Assembly: GCA_002897675.1 (NCBI GenBank)
Contig: BDSU01000003.1
Coordinates: forward strand, 19,449 to 83,448
Direction: 5' to 3'
DNA from: a bacterium BMS3Abin02
GTDB lineage: Bacteria > Actinomycetota > Acidimicrobiia > Spongiisociales > UBA4744
Length of the DNA: 64,000 nucleotides
Shown: positions 1 through 8,947 of the stretch, piece after piece
Layout of the letters: the number at the start of each line of letters is the position of its first letter
Position numbering within the stretch: the stretch's first letter is position 1
Program-made: the position numbers and the translations under genes
Notes under the pieces: generated by a model
The model's database searches: none
Told to the model about the DNA's origin: nothing
Seen by the model: the letters and a program-made list of their open reading frames with translations, nothing else

Positions 1-2
1 TG

Positions 3-101
3 CACGACACCGTCCACGTCTACTACGGGGCAGCCGATCATGTCATCGACCTGGCCACCTGCAGTCTCGAAGAGCTCCTCGACTACGCCCGGTTCGGGTG
101 A
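3..101 (+). CDS. C-terminal fragment of a GH130-family glycosidase/phosphorylase (5' end outside the window)
   Basis: Manual translation [32 protein letters not shown]; YYGAAD followed by 'LA...LEELL' is the typical GH130 C-terminus. Not in the ORF track. Confidence 0.75.
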   Translation, partial: HDTVHVYYGAADHVIDLATCSLEELLDYARFG

Positions 102-303
102 CCGGGACTCTCCGCCTTTCGGTGTGAGTGTCGTCGATCACGGACGGTGCCGGAATCTGTCAAGACGCGAACGGGAACGATGCCGGCGGGTTCTCGATTC
201 GTTGATGTGGCGCCGGCTCGTCGGCGTCACGACAGAGGATGTCGCCGGCCTGACGGAACGTCGTTTCGACGAGGGCCGGTGAGGAATGCCGGTGTACCGC
301 GTC

Positions 304-1839
304 TCATCCGTATGCGGGTACGGTCAACTCGAAGATGGTGCGTCCGCCGGCATGGCGGTAGGTCAAGTCGCCGCCCATTCTGCGGGCAAGGTCTCTCGAC
401 AGCGGCAAACCGATGCCGATCGGTCCGGGTTTGCCTTGTTGGGGTTGTGCGACGTGGAACCGTTCGAAGATCCTCTCTTGGTCATCCTCAGGCAGTGGCG
501 GTCCGTTGTCACTGACCGCAATCGTGATCGTCTCATCGTGTCGGCCGATCTCGATGCGTAGGTCTGCTCCGCCGTAGCGCTGGGCATTCGTAACGAGGTT
601 TCGCAGGATCTGGCGCACTCTGCCGGGGTCGGTGTTTCCCACGACGTTGCCCTTGACCTCGACAGGCGCCGTGACACGAAGGGACTCGAGGACGTGGCGG
701 ACCTGGTCCTCCAGGTTGACCGGCACCTGGATGACTTCGAGTTCTCCCAGCTCCGCTTGCGCCCCCACCAGGAGGTCCTCCACCAAGTTCGCCATGTCCG
801 ATGCCTCAGAAGCGATATCCTTCATCATGGCGTCCCGCTCCTCAGACGACAGCCCGGTGTCCTCTTTGAGGAGTTCTGCAAACCCGAGTATTGCGGTCAG
901 GGGCGTGCGCACTTCATGGGATACCGACGCCAGCAGCTGTAGTCGTGACTCTGCCATCTCCTCGAGCCGGCGGAGGTTCTCCAGCCGTTCGGTCACATCT
1001 CGGACGATGGCCATCAGTGCCTGCTGGCCATCGAAGCTTACGTTCGCGATCGAGATCTCGATGCGGAACTCCTCACCATTCGCTCGAACCCCGTGGAGCA
1101 GAGGCCTTTTCTCCATCCTTCGCTGGTGCTCCTCAGACACGGCGAAGTCGCGGACGAGCTTGGGATGCTTGTGTCGGAACCGTTCCGGGATGAACCTGTC
1201 GAGCGTTCCGCCAAGCACGTCACTCCTGGACTCCAGGCCGAACATCTCGACGAACCGATCGTTGACCATCACGATGTTTCCGTCGGTGTCGACCACGACG
1301 ATGCCGTTCGGGGCCAAACTGAACAGGGCATCCCATCTGACGGCCTCTGATCGGATCAGGCTTCCCGTTTCCCGGTAGAGCAGACCTCCGATGCCGCTGC
1401 CGATCAGGAGGATGCCGATGGCAAGCACAGTCAGTGCCGGAGACGCCCGCAACCTCAGGATGAACACGACGGCTGTGATCAGGATCGCGGCACCGAACCA
1501 GAGGCTCAGCCAACGTCCTCCGAGATACGCCGTCGCGGCGGCAAAGACCGTGTACGTGAGGAGGGCGCTCACCAGGATCACCGGTTCGTTGACCAGCGCA
1601 GCTCCGATCAAGAGAAGACCGGCCAGACCGAGCAGGACGTCGAGCCGAGGGTGGCCATACCTCAGCTGCCATAGAGCGAGAGCGGCGAAGAAGAACAGGA
1701 TCAGTGACGAGACGGCGAGACTGACATCCGAACGAACGCCGGCAGCGACTCCATACGCGGCGCCCAACACTGCAGCGACGTAGGCTCCAGCGTGCACGTA
1801 TCGTCGGTGCAAGTCCTCCACTGTCGGCCAGACATTCAC
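304..1839 (-). CDS. Membrane-bound PAS-domain sensor histidine kinase
   Basis: N-terminal TM helices, PAS (NGIVVVDTDGNIVMVN), H-box SHEVRTPL, N-box NLVTNA, G boxes DNG and GIGL; TATAGT just upstream on the minus strand. Confidence 0.92.
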   Translation of the reverse strand: MNVWPTVEDLHRRYVHAGAYVAAVLGAAYGVAAGVRSDVSLAVSSLILFFFAALALWQLRYGHPRLDVLLGLAGLLLIGAALVNEPVILVSALLTYTVFAAATAYLGGRWLSLWFGAAILITAVVFILRLRASPALTVLAIGILLIGSGIGGLLYRETGSLIRSEAVRWDALFSLAPNGIVVVDTDGNIVMVNDRFVEMFGLESRSDVLGGTLDRFIPERFRHKHPKLVRDFAVSEEHQRRMEKRPLLHGVRANGEEFRIEISIANVSFDGQQALMAIVRDVTERLENLRRLEEMAESRLQLLASVSHEVRTPLTAILGFAELLKEDTGLSSEERDAMMKDIASEASDMANLVEDLLVGAQAELGELEVIQVPVNLEDQVRHVLESLRVTAPVEVKGNVVGNTDPGRVRQILRNLVTNAQRYGGADLRIEIGRHDETITIAVSDNGPPLPEDDQERIFERFHVAQPQQGKPGPIGIGLPLSRDLARRMGGDLTYRHAGGRTIFELTVPAYG

Positions 1840-2018
1840 CGTGACGCACTATACCGACGCTGTCACGGAATTGCCTGCAAGACACCCAAACCTGGGGCCG
1901 CGCGAAGGCTCATCACACACGGTGGCATAGGACATCCACGGCCGGCAGGAGACGCCCGAGGGAGAAGTCGTGGCCCTGGGTGACTCTCAGGGTCGATGAC
2001 GAGGTCCACCACTCCTGA

Positions 2019-3371
2019 TCATCCGAGGTCTCGACTCGTCGGCTCGGTGATGAAGCCCTTCTCACGCCAGGCGATCATCCCTCCAGAGACGTTTCGCACA
2101 TTTCGGTAACCGAGAGTGGTCAGGAAGAGAAGGCCGAGAAGCGAGGCATTGCCCTTCTGGCAGACGCTGAGCACCGGGGTTTCGAGATCTTCGGGGAGGT
2201 CGCCAACGTGCTCGCCCAGCTTGCGGAGAGGCATGTTGACGGCACCTGGGATGTGCTCCAAAGAGAACTCCGAGTCGTTGCGCACGTCCATCACGAACGG
2301 CCTGTGTTGCCGCCACAACTCATGAGCCGATTCGACGTCGATGGTCAAGGCCATGTTGGTCCTGACATTCTCGGCCATCTGGTCGAGTAGCCGCTCTTTG
2401 CGGCTTGGTGAGGTCGCCTGCACCGACCCCAGTCCGGCCAGATGCTTGACGACCGATGATGCGTACTTGAAAGCGCTATCGGGGAAGATCACCACAACCA
2501 CGTTGCCCGGCTCGTCATCTATCAGCTTGAACGCGCCCTCCAGGGCCATGGCAGAGCTCGGTCCTGCAGTGATGCTCTCCTCCCGGTTCAGCCGCAAGCA
2601 GAGCTCGAAGGCGTCCTGGGTCTGGACCTCCACCAGACCGTCGTACTGCTCGGGGCGGAAGAAGTGAGTCTGTTGCAGCTGGTCGATGCTGCGCACACCC
2701 GGGATGTCATGACCCTCATCGGGGTGCACGCCGAGCACCTGGACATTGGGGTCTTGCTCCTTCAGGAACCGGCCCGTGCCGGTGATCGTGCCACAGGTGC
2801 CGAGACCCGCGACCAAGTGTGTCACCTTGCCCTGTGTCTGGCGCCAGATCTCCGGTCCGGTCGTCTTGTAGTGCGCCTCGGGGTTGGCCTCGTTCCCATA
2901 CTGGTTCAGCATCTGGAACTCGGATTGCTCGGCGATTCTCATCGCTTGGGCTATGGCGCCTTCGGGTGCCCATGGTGCGGGACACAGGGCATCCTGCAAT
3001 TCCAGCACCTCGGCCCCGAAGAACCGCAGCATCGTCCGTTTCTCCAGTGGGATCTCGCTGGAGAGCGGAGTGGTCAGGGAGTAGCCCTTCGCGTTGGCGA
3101 TCATGACGAGACCGAGGCCGGTATTGCCCGAGGTGGGCTCCACCAGCTTCTGATCTGCTCCGATCACGCCGCGTTCCTCGGCGTCACCGACCATGTTGGA
3201 CGCCACCCGGTCCTTGACGGACCCGAACGGGTTGAACCATTCCAGCTTGGCGTACACCTGCGTGTGCTCGAAAGGGACCACCCGTGTGAGACGCACGAGG
3301 GGTGTGGGGTTGTCGGCGTCGGGAAGGAGTCCGAGGATCGAATCGTAGACACGAAGGGAATGGTCATTCAT
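2019..3371 (-). CDS. PLP-dependent cysteine synthase (CysM-like) fused to a C-terminal rhodanese domain
   Basis: NPFGSVKDR (PLP Lys), EPTSGNTG, GTCGT; C-terminal DVR...HIPGA...CQKGNAS...GGMIAW rhodanese. Start reassigned to ATG 3371 (MNDHSL) behind GAGGAG. Confidence 0.88.
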   Translation of the reverse strand: MNDHSLRVYDSILGLLPDADNPTPLVRLTRVVPFEHTQVYAKLEWFNPFGSVKDRVASNMVGDAEERGVIGADQKLVEPTSGNTGLGLVMIANAKGYSLTTPLSSEIPLEKRTMLRFFGAEVLELQDALCPAPWAPEGAIAQAMRIAEQSEFQMLNQYGNEANPEAHYKTTGPEIWRQTQGKVTHLVAGLGTCGTITGTGRFLKEQDPNVQVLGVHPDEGHDIPGVRSIDQLQQTHFFRPEQYDGLVEVQTQDAFELCLRLNREESITAGPSSAMALEGAFKLIDDEPGNVVVVIFPDSAFKYASSVVKHLAGLGSVQATSPSRKERLLDQMAENVRTNMALTIDVESAHELWRQHRPFVMDVRNDSEFSLEHIPGAVNMPLRKLGEHVGDLPEDLETPVLSVCQKGNASLLGLLFLTTLGYRNVRNVSGGMIAWREKGFITEPTSRDLG

Positions 3372-3372
3372 G

Positions 3373-4317
3373 TCACGCTCCTCGTCGGGTTGTCGCGGAC
3401 GGTCGTGACTCCGGCCTGCCCCTCGGCTCCGCCAGAGCAGATGTTGCCCGCTCGGGGTGTGCCCCGGCCGCGTGTGAGGCCGAAAACACGGGCGAACCGG
3501 CTTGTCGAACAGCGCCGACAGGGCGGATCGGAGGCGGAACAGGCGCCCGCGAGACAAGGGTGGCCCGGAGTTCGACGACATATCCCACGACGAGTATCGC
3601 CGGCGTTCGAACAGTGAGCCTGTCGGCTGCTATCTCCCCGAGGCTCGTCACCACAACGACCTGGCCGGGCGTGGTCCCTTTCTGGACGAAGGCGGCCGGT
3701 TCGTCGGGTGACCGACCTGCCGCGATCAGATCACGGGCGATGGCGACCCGGAAGCGCACACCCATGAGGATCACCAGCGTGTCGATCCCGGCGTAGCGGG
3801 ACCACTTGGGCATCGATCCGTTCTCCTTGTGGCCGGTGATGACCGCGAACGATTCGGCGACACCCCGCCGGGTGAGGGGAATGCCGGCCACGCCGGGAAC
3901 CGAGGTCGCCGAGGTGATCCCGGGAACGAGCTCCGCTTCGATGTTGTGACGGCGGAGGTATTCCCACTCCTCGCCTCCGCGCCCGAAGATCAACGGATCT
4001 CCGCCCTTGAGGCGCACAACCGTCTTCCCCAGCGCGACGAATGTGAGCATCATGGCGTTGATGCGATCTTGGCTGTCGGCAGGACTTCCCGGTCGTTTCC
4101 CGACGGCGATGAGGATTGTCGCGGAGTCCGCCATCCTGACGATCTCGTGGCTGACCAGACGGTCGTAGAGCACGACATCGGCCTCCTCGAGGACGCGAAG
4201 CGCCTTGAGAGTGAGAAGTTCGGGGTCGCCGGGGCCGGCCCCCACAAGGAACACCTTGCCAGAGGGAACTGGCACCGGCTGTCCGGCGGCGGCATCATTT
4301 CCGGTCACGAGCCGCAT
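3373..4317 (-). CDS. cobA: Uroporphyrinogen-III C-methyltransferase
   Basis: VFLVGAGPGDPELLT, RLKGGDPLIFGRGGEE, VPGITSA; start moved to ATG 4317. Confidence 0.92.
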   Translation of the reverse strand: MRLVTGNDAAAGQPVPVPSGKVFLVGAGPGDPELLTLKALRVLEEADVVLYDRLVSHEIVRMADSATILIAVGKRPGSPADSQDRINAMMLTFVALGKTVVRLKGGDPLIFGRGGEEWEYLRRHNIEAELVPGITSATSVPGVAGIPLTRRGVAESFAVITGHKENGSMPKWSRYAGIDTLVILMGVRFRVAIARDLIAAGRSPDEPAAFVQKGTTPGQVVVVTSLGEIAADRLTVRTPAILVVGYVVELRATLVSRAPVPPPIRPVGAVRQAGSPVFSASHAAGAHPERATSALAEPRGRPESRPSATTRRGA

Positions 4318-4997
4318 GTCGATGCCTCCCCGTTGGGCGGGTGGATGCCGCACTCGGTCTTCGTGCCGTTCCAGCGACCGGAACGAGCGTTGCTCGGATC
4401 GAGAGGCAGCGACGTGCACGGAGCACAGCCGATGCTCGGATAGCCGGCGGCGTAGAGAGGGTGCAACGGCAGGTCGTTGGCGCGCGAAAACTCGAGGACT
4501 TCTTCCCAGCTCCAGTCGACGATCGGATTCACCTTGATGAGCTGCTTTCCGGTGGGAAGCCGGTACCGGTCGATTCGCGGGGTTGCGGCCCTGGTCGGTG
4601 CCTGGTCGCGTCGCAGTGCGGTGAACCAGATGTCATAGTCTTCCAGGGCCCGGAGGAGCGGATCGACCTTGCGTAACCGGCAGCACAGATTCGGATTGGT
4701 GAGGGGCAGATCGTCCACGAGGCCCTCTCCCAGCCCGTCGCCGGGGGTGATGTTCACCAGGTTGAGGTCCCACTTGCCGACGAGCTGGTCGCGGAATGCG
4801 TACGTCTCCGGGAAGTGAAGGCCGGTGTCCACGAACAGCACCGGGATGTCAGGCTGGAAGCGTCGAATGATGCTGAGCAACACGATGCCGCCGGCTTGGA
4901 AGCTGCAGGTGATGCCGACGTTGCCCGGATACTCCAGGGCTGCAGCGACCAGTGTCTCGGCTTTGAGCTCCTTGCGCGTGCGGGTGGCGGCGGTCAC
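4305..4997 (-). CDS. cysH: APS/PAPS reductase, [4Fe-4S] APS-reductase type
   Basis: DTGLHFPET, CCRLRK, GYPSIGCAPCT, RSGRW, ECGIH; GTG start at 4997 overlaps the upstream stop. Confidence 0.92.
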   Translation of the reverse strand: MTAATRTRKELKAETLVAAALEYPGNVGITCSFQAGGIVLLSIIRRFQPDIPVLFVDTGLHFPETYAFRDQLVGKWDLNLVNITPGDGLGEGLVDDLPLTNPNLCCRLRKVDPLLRALEDYDIWFTALRRDQAPTRAATPRIDRYRLPTGKQLIKVNPIVDWSWEEVLEFSRANDLPLHPLYAAGYPSIGCAPCTSLPLDPSNARSGRWNGTKTECGIHPPNGEASTCGS

Positions 4998-5677
4998 AGC
5001 TCCTCCTCGGTGTCGATCGATTCGAGAGCGGTTCGATGGGCGGCTCCCGTATCGCCACGCCGCACATGTTCGAAGGTCTCGCCATCGATCAGCCGCTGCC
5101 AAGCCCTTCGTCGCTCCGTGGGGTCGGTGAAACGGTCGGCCACTTGCGGCCTGAGCTCGCCGAGGAGGTCGAGGTAGGCGCCGTACTCGGGTCCGATGCC
5201 CTGAGCGATCCGGTCCCGAAGCCAGACGGAGAACGCCGGAGCCCGGCCGCCGGAGGAGACCGCGACGACAAGATCGCCCTGCCGATGTACCGCCGGGAGG
5301 ATGAAGTTGCAGTGAGGCGGGTCATCGGGGGCGTTGAGCAGGATCGAGTGCTCTTGGGCTTCCTGCCAGACCTTTTCGTTGACATCCCGTTGTTCGGTTG
5401 CAGCGATGGCGAGGAAGCGGCCGGCGAGGTCACCTTTCTGATAGGGCCTCGGGTTCCAGTCGATCCGTCCCTCCTCGAACCATGCGAGCAGGCGTTCGGT
5501 CAGCTCGGGGCTGACCACGGTGACGTCGCCGCCGGCGGCGACCAGACCCTCGACCTTGCCCTCGGCCACGTTTCCCCCTCCAACGACCACGCAGGATCGA
5601 CCTTCCAGACGGAGCAGCAGCGGGTAGTGCGCCGGGGAACGCTCGGTGGGTTGTGTGCGTGTGTGGGGGACGGTCAT
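4994..5677 (-). CDS. Precorrin-2 dehydrogenase/sirohydrochlorin ferrochelatase (CysG N-terminal module)
   Basis: YPLLLRLEGRSCVVVGGGNVA, DDPPHCNFILPA, VAVSSGGRAP. Confidence 0.9.
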   Translation of the reverse strand: MTVPHTRTQPTERSPAHYPLLLRLEGRSCVVVGGGNVAEGKVEGLVAAGGDVTVVSPELTERLLAWFEEGRIDWNPRPYQKGDLAGRFLAIAATEQRDVNEKVWQEAQEHSILLNAPDDPPHCNFILPAVHRQGDLVVAVSSGGRAPAFSVWLRDRIAQGIGPEYGAYLDLLGELRPQVADRFTDPTERRRAWQRLIDGETFEHVRRGDTGAAHRTALESIDTEEEL

Positions 5678-7434
5678 GGGAGGGTCGCTCCGTGGATCGG
5701 GGATGGTTGGTGCTGGCCGAGATCAATCGGGTCGGGTATAGGCATTGGGGGGCGCTCGCCTCGGTCGGCTGCTTCACCACTTCCCACGCCACTGCGGAGA
5801 CAGAAATCACCGAAGGTCTCCCCGTCGAACCGGTCGTCTCGGTAGGCCACGAGGATCGGTGAGAGCAGGTGGATCAGGTCCTCCCTGGCCACGTTCTCGG
5901 CCAAGAGGACGTTGAGGCGCGTCCCGAGGGCGCTGCCACCGACGTGGACGTCGTACCTGCCCTTCCGCCTGCCGACAAAGGCAATCTCCGCGGTGTGGGG
6001 GCGAGCGCACCCGTTTGGGCAGCCGGTCATGCGCACTCGGATGCTTTCTTCGCCGATCCCGAGTGCATCCAGTTCGGCCTGGAGAGCCCGTGTGACCTCT
6101 GGGAGAATGCGTTCGGACTCGGTGACGGCCAAAGGGCAGGTGGGAAGTGCGGGGCATGCCACGGAGTGGAGGACGACCGGGGGTATCCGACCGACCGGAA
6201 GGACGCCGTGGTCCTCCAGCGTTGACACCACATCTGCTCCCTCACGATTCGTGAGGTCGGTGAGAAGGAGGTTCTGGCCGGGGGTGAGCCGGATTCCGGG
6301 CCGGAACCGCTCGGTGACGATACGGAGTCCGGTGCGCAGCAACGCATCGCCGCGATCGGCGATGCGCCCTCCTTCGATCGGCACTCCGATGAACCATCGG
6401 TCGTCGTCCTGACGGTGTGCGCCGAGATGGTCATCGGCGTCGGTCCATGCCAGGGACAGTGGGGCGGCAAGACGTCGGCCGAGCCGCTGTTCGAGAGCAT
6501 CCTTGAAAATGTCCACTCCCCAGTGGTCGATCAGGTATTTCAGCCGAGCTTGTTTGCGGTCCAACCGGTCACCGAAGTCCTTCTGGAGACCGACGATGCC
6601 TTCCAGCACTTCGAAGAGGTCCTCGGGAGCAACAAAGCAGAGCGGATCGGCCAGCCGCGGGAACGTTTCGGGCCTGCCGTGAGTTCGACCCAGACCACCT
6701 CCGACGAGCAGCGTGAACCCTTCCAGATTCCCCGACCGCACATGGGCGACGATGCCCACATCCTGGGAGTAGACGTCGATGCAGTTGTCTTGGGGAAAGG
6801 CCAGGCCGATCTTGAACTTGCGGGGCAGATAGGTCCTCCCGTAGAAGGGCTCCTCGTCGGTAGTGGCAGCGGTGACTGCCCGCTCGCCGTTCATCCAGAT
6901 GTCGTAGTAGGCGCGGGTTCGTGGCCGGAACTGATCGGCAATCTGTTCGGCAAAGGCACCCAGCCCTACGCCTGCCCTATCGGGGAGCGGTGCCGGGCAG
7001 CTCATCACGTTGCGTACGGCGTCGCCGCTGGCGCCGAGGGTGGTGACGAGATGTTGGTTCAAGGTCTGAATCAGGGTGGCGAGATCGGTCTTGCGTGCGT
7101 GGTGGAACTGGATGGCCTGACGAGTCGTGAGACGAAGGGTTCCGTTGCCCACCTGGTCGGCCAGCCGGTCCAACGCCAGGTACTGGTCGGCCGTCAGCAC
7201 GCCTCCCGGGATTGCCGCCCTGACCATGAAGATGACCTCGGGGCTCGCCCCGGCCACCAAGTCGGCGCGGACGTCCCGATTGTCCTCCTCGGTGATCCCG
7301 TGGAACTTCAGCACGACGACATTCTCTTTGCTGAAGGAAGGGTTGCCGTCACTCAGTTCCTCGACGACAGTGCCCCGGAGAAAGCCGCTGCCGGCCTTGA
7401 TCTGTTCGACCAGCGAATGCTCGATAGAGATCAT
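5674..7434 (-). CDS. cysI: Assimilatory sulfite reductase, siroheme-[4Fe-4S] hemoprotein
   Basis: LTTRQAIQFH, YLPRKFK, ACPALPTCPLA, TGCPNGCARP. Confidence 0.92.
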   Translation of the reverse strand: MISIEHSLVEQIKAGSGFLRGTVVEELSDGNPSFSKENVVVLKFHGITEEDNRDVRADLVAGASPEVIFMVRAAIPGGVLTADQYLALDRLADQVGNGTLRLTTRQAIQFHHARKTDLATLIQTLNQHLVTTLGASGDAVRNVMSCPAPLPDRAGVGLGAFAEQIADQFRPRTRAYYDIWMNGERAVTAATTDEEPFYGRTYLPRKFKIGLAFPQDNCIDVYSQDVGIVAHVRSGNLEGFTLLVGGGLGRTHGRPETFPRLADPLCFVAPEDLFEVLEGIVGLQKDFGDRLDRKQARLKYLIDHWGVDIFKDALEQRLGRRLAAPLSLAWTDADDHLGAHRQDDDRWFIGVPIEGGRIADRGDALLRTGLRIVTERFRPGIRLTPGQNLLLTDLTNREGADVVSTLEDHGVLPVGRIPPVVLHSVACPALPTCPLAVTESERILPEVTRALQAELDALGIGEESIRVRMTGCPNGCARPHTAEIAFVGRRKGRYDVHVGGSALGTRLNVLLAENVAREDLIHLLSPILVAYRDDRFDGETFGDFCLRSGVGSGEAADRGERPPMPIPDPIDLGQHQPSPIHGATLP

Positions 7435-7440
7435 GCCCGC

Positions 7441-8322
7441 TCAGCACCCTTCCAGGTCCGACGCGTTCGCCGACTCGCCTCTTCGCTGGCCCCGCTCCAC
7501 CGGCGCGCCGGTGGCCGCGTAGTCCACCCAGGAGCGCTCGTAGTGCATGACCCGTGGGTAACCCAGCAATTCCTTGAGGACGAACCACGTGTGGGCCGAC
7601 CGTGCACCCGACAGCGAGTAGGTGACGACCCGGGCATTTCGGGGGACCGACTCGCGTTCGAAGAGTGATCGCAACTCGTTGGAGGACCGGAAGCTCCGGT
7701 CGGCGTTGGTCGTCCGCGGCCAGGGAATATTCCTGGCTCCGGGAATGTGGCCTCCCGCATAGCCCTGATGCTGCGACGCGTTCGGAGGCGCCAGCTGCTC
7801 TCCCCGATACTCCTGTGGCGATCGGGTGTCGACGAGAACCGTATCGCTATCTGCGGCCAGGACGTGGTCTCGGTTCGCTCTCAGTTCATGTCGATCCGCG
7901 GCTGTCACCCGAAAACCCGTGGGTCGCGGTGAGGGGATCTCCCGGGTCAGTGGGCGCGCCTCCAGTTGCCACTTCTCGCGCCCGCCGTCCAGGAGGTGGA
8001 CATCGTCGAAGCCCCGGTACTTGAGCAGCCAGTAGCCGAACGCTCCCAACCAGTTGCCGGGGCCTCCGTACACGACGACAGTGGACGTGTCGTCGACCCC
8101 CGCCCGGGAGAGCACCCGACTCAGTCCTGCCTGATCAGGGCAAGACGGCGGTTCCGGACGCTGCAGATCGCATAATCCACTCCAGAAGGTTGCGCCCGGA
8201 AGGTGACCCTGCTCGTAGGCGGCCGGTTCGGCGGCCACTTCGAGGATCCTGATTCGCGGGTCCCCGAGGCGACGTTCCAGCCACTCGGTGCTGACGAGGG
8301 CGTCTGGGTTGGCGTAGCTCAT
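7441..8322 (-). CDS. Tandem-domain sulfurtransferase (CysA/SseA-like rhodanese) with Ser at the catalytic Cys position
   Basis: LVSTEWL, GHLPGA, GGHIPGA; active loop reads TYSLSGARSAHTW. Confidence 0.85.
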   Translation of the reverse strand: MSYANPDALVSTEWLERRLGDPRIRILEVAAEPAAYEQGHLPGATFWSGLCDLQRPEPPSCPDQAGLSRVLSRAGVDDTSTVVVYGGPGNWLGAFGYWLLKYRGFDDVHLLDGGREKWQLEARPLTREIPSPRPTGFRVTAADRHELRANRDHVLAADSDTVLVDTRSPQEYRGEQLAPPNASQHQGYAGGHIPGARNIPWPRTTNADRSFRSSNELRSLFERESVPRNARVVTYSLSGARSAHTWFVLKELLGYPRVMHYERSWVDYAATGAPVERGQRRGESANASDLEGC

Positions 8323-8947
8323 GTGTGGTCGCTCCTGGTGTCGCAGATCGTCGTTGACGAACGACAGTTATCTGGAAGGGGTGTGACGACGCCGGAAAGA
8401 GCTGACGGGTGGTGGCGTCGTCAGGAGCGTGAGGCGATGGACACGCCAACGCTCGGGTGAACCACCCGAGAGCATTGACACATACACATCGTCCACAACA
8501 TGAGGCCCGCAATCTACCGTATCGAGGGAGTCCACGCAAGCATCCGGTCTGTGCCGTATCCCCAGATCGCGCACATAGGGGGTCAGGGGTTGTCGAAGGA
8601 GGAGTTCGGTGTCTTGGTCGTTGAGCGCCGGGCGCTGCTTGTGACAGATGAGACCGGTGCCACGGTGCCGGCTCCAGGCCACCGACTTGTGGCGATCGAT
8701 ACCTGACGCGATACGGCACAGCGTCGAAAGGCCGAGAAGCCGGTAGGTCAGACGTTGCTTTGGCCCGGCCGTCGAGAAGCGATGAACGCGAGCTGGTCGG
8801 CCTCACGTTGGCAACCGACACGGCACGGCCTGAGCAGATCGATGCAACCCACTACTCGCAGGAGATGGAAACTGCCCCTTCGACACCGAGTCCAGCGACC
8901 GTCCTGGCGTTCGGGTGTGCCGCAAGGTTCCGCAGTGGCCTGCGTCT

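Noticed and set aside
8323-8947. SAM riboswitch or small gene upstream of the cys operon
   Set aside because: Hairpins exist (TGACGACGCC/GGCGTCGTCA, CTCGGGT/ACCCGAG), but I found no SAM-I/IV core on the minus strand and the short ORFs have no recognisable motifs. An Rfam scan would settle it.
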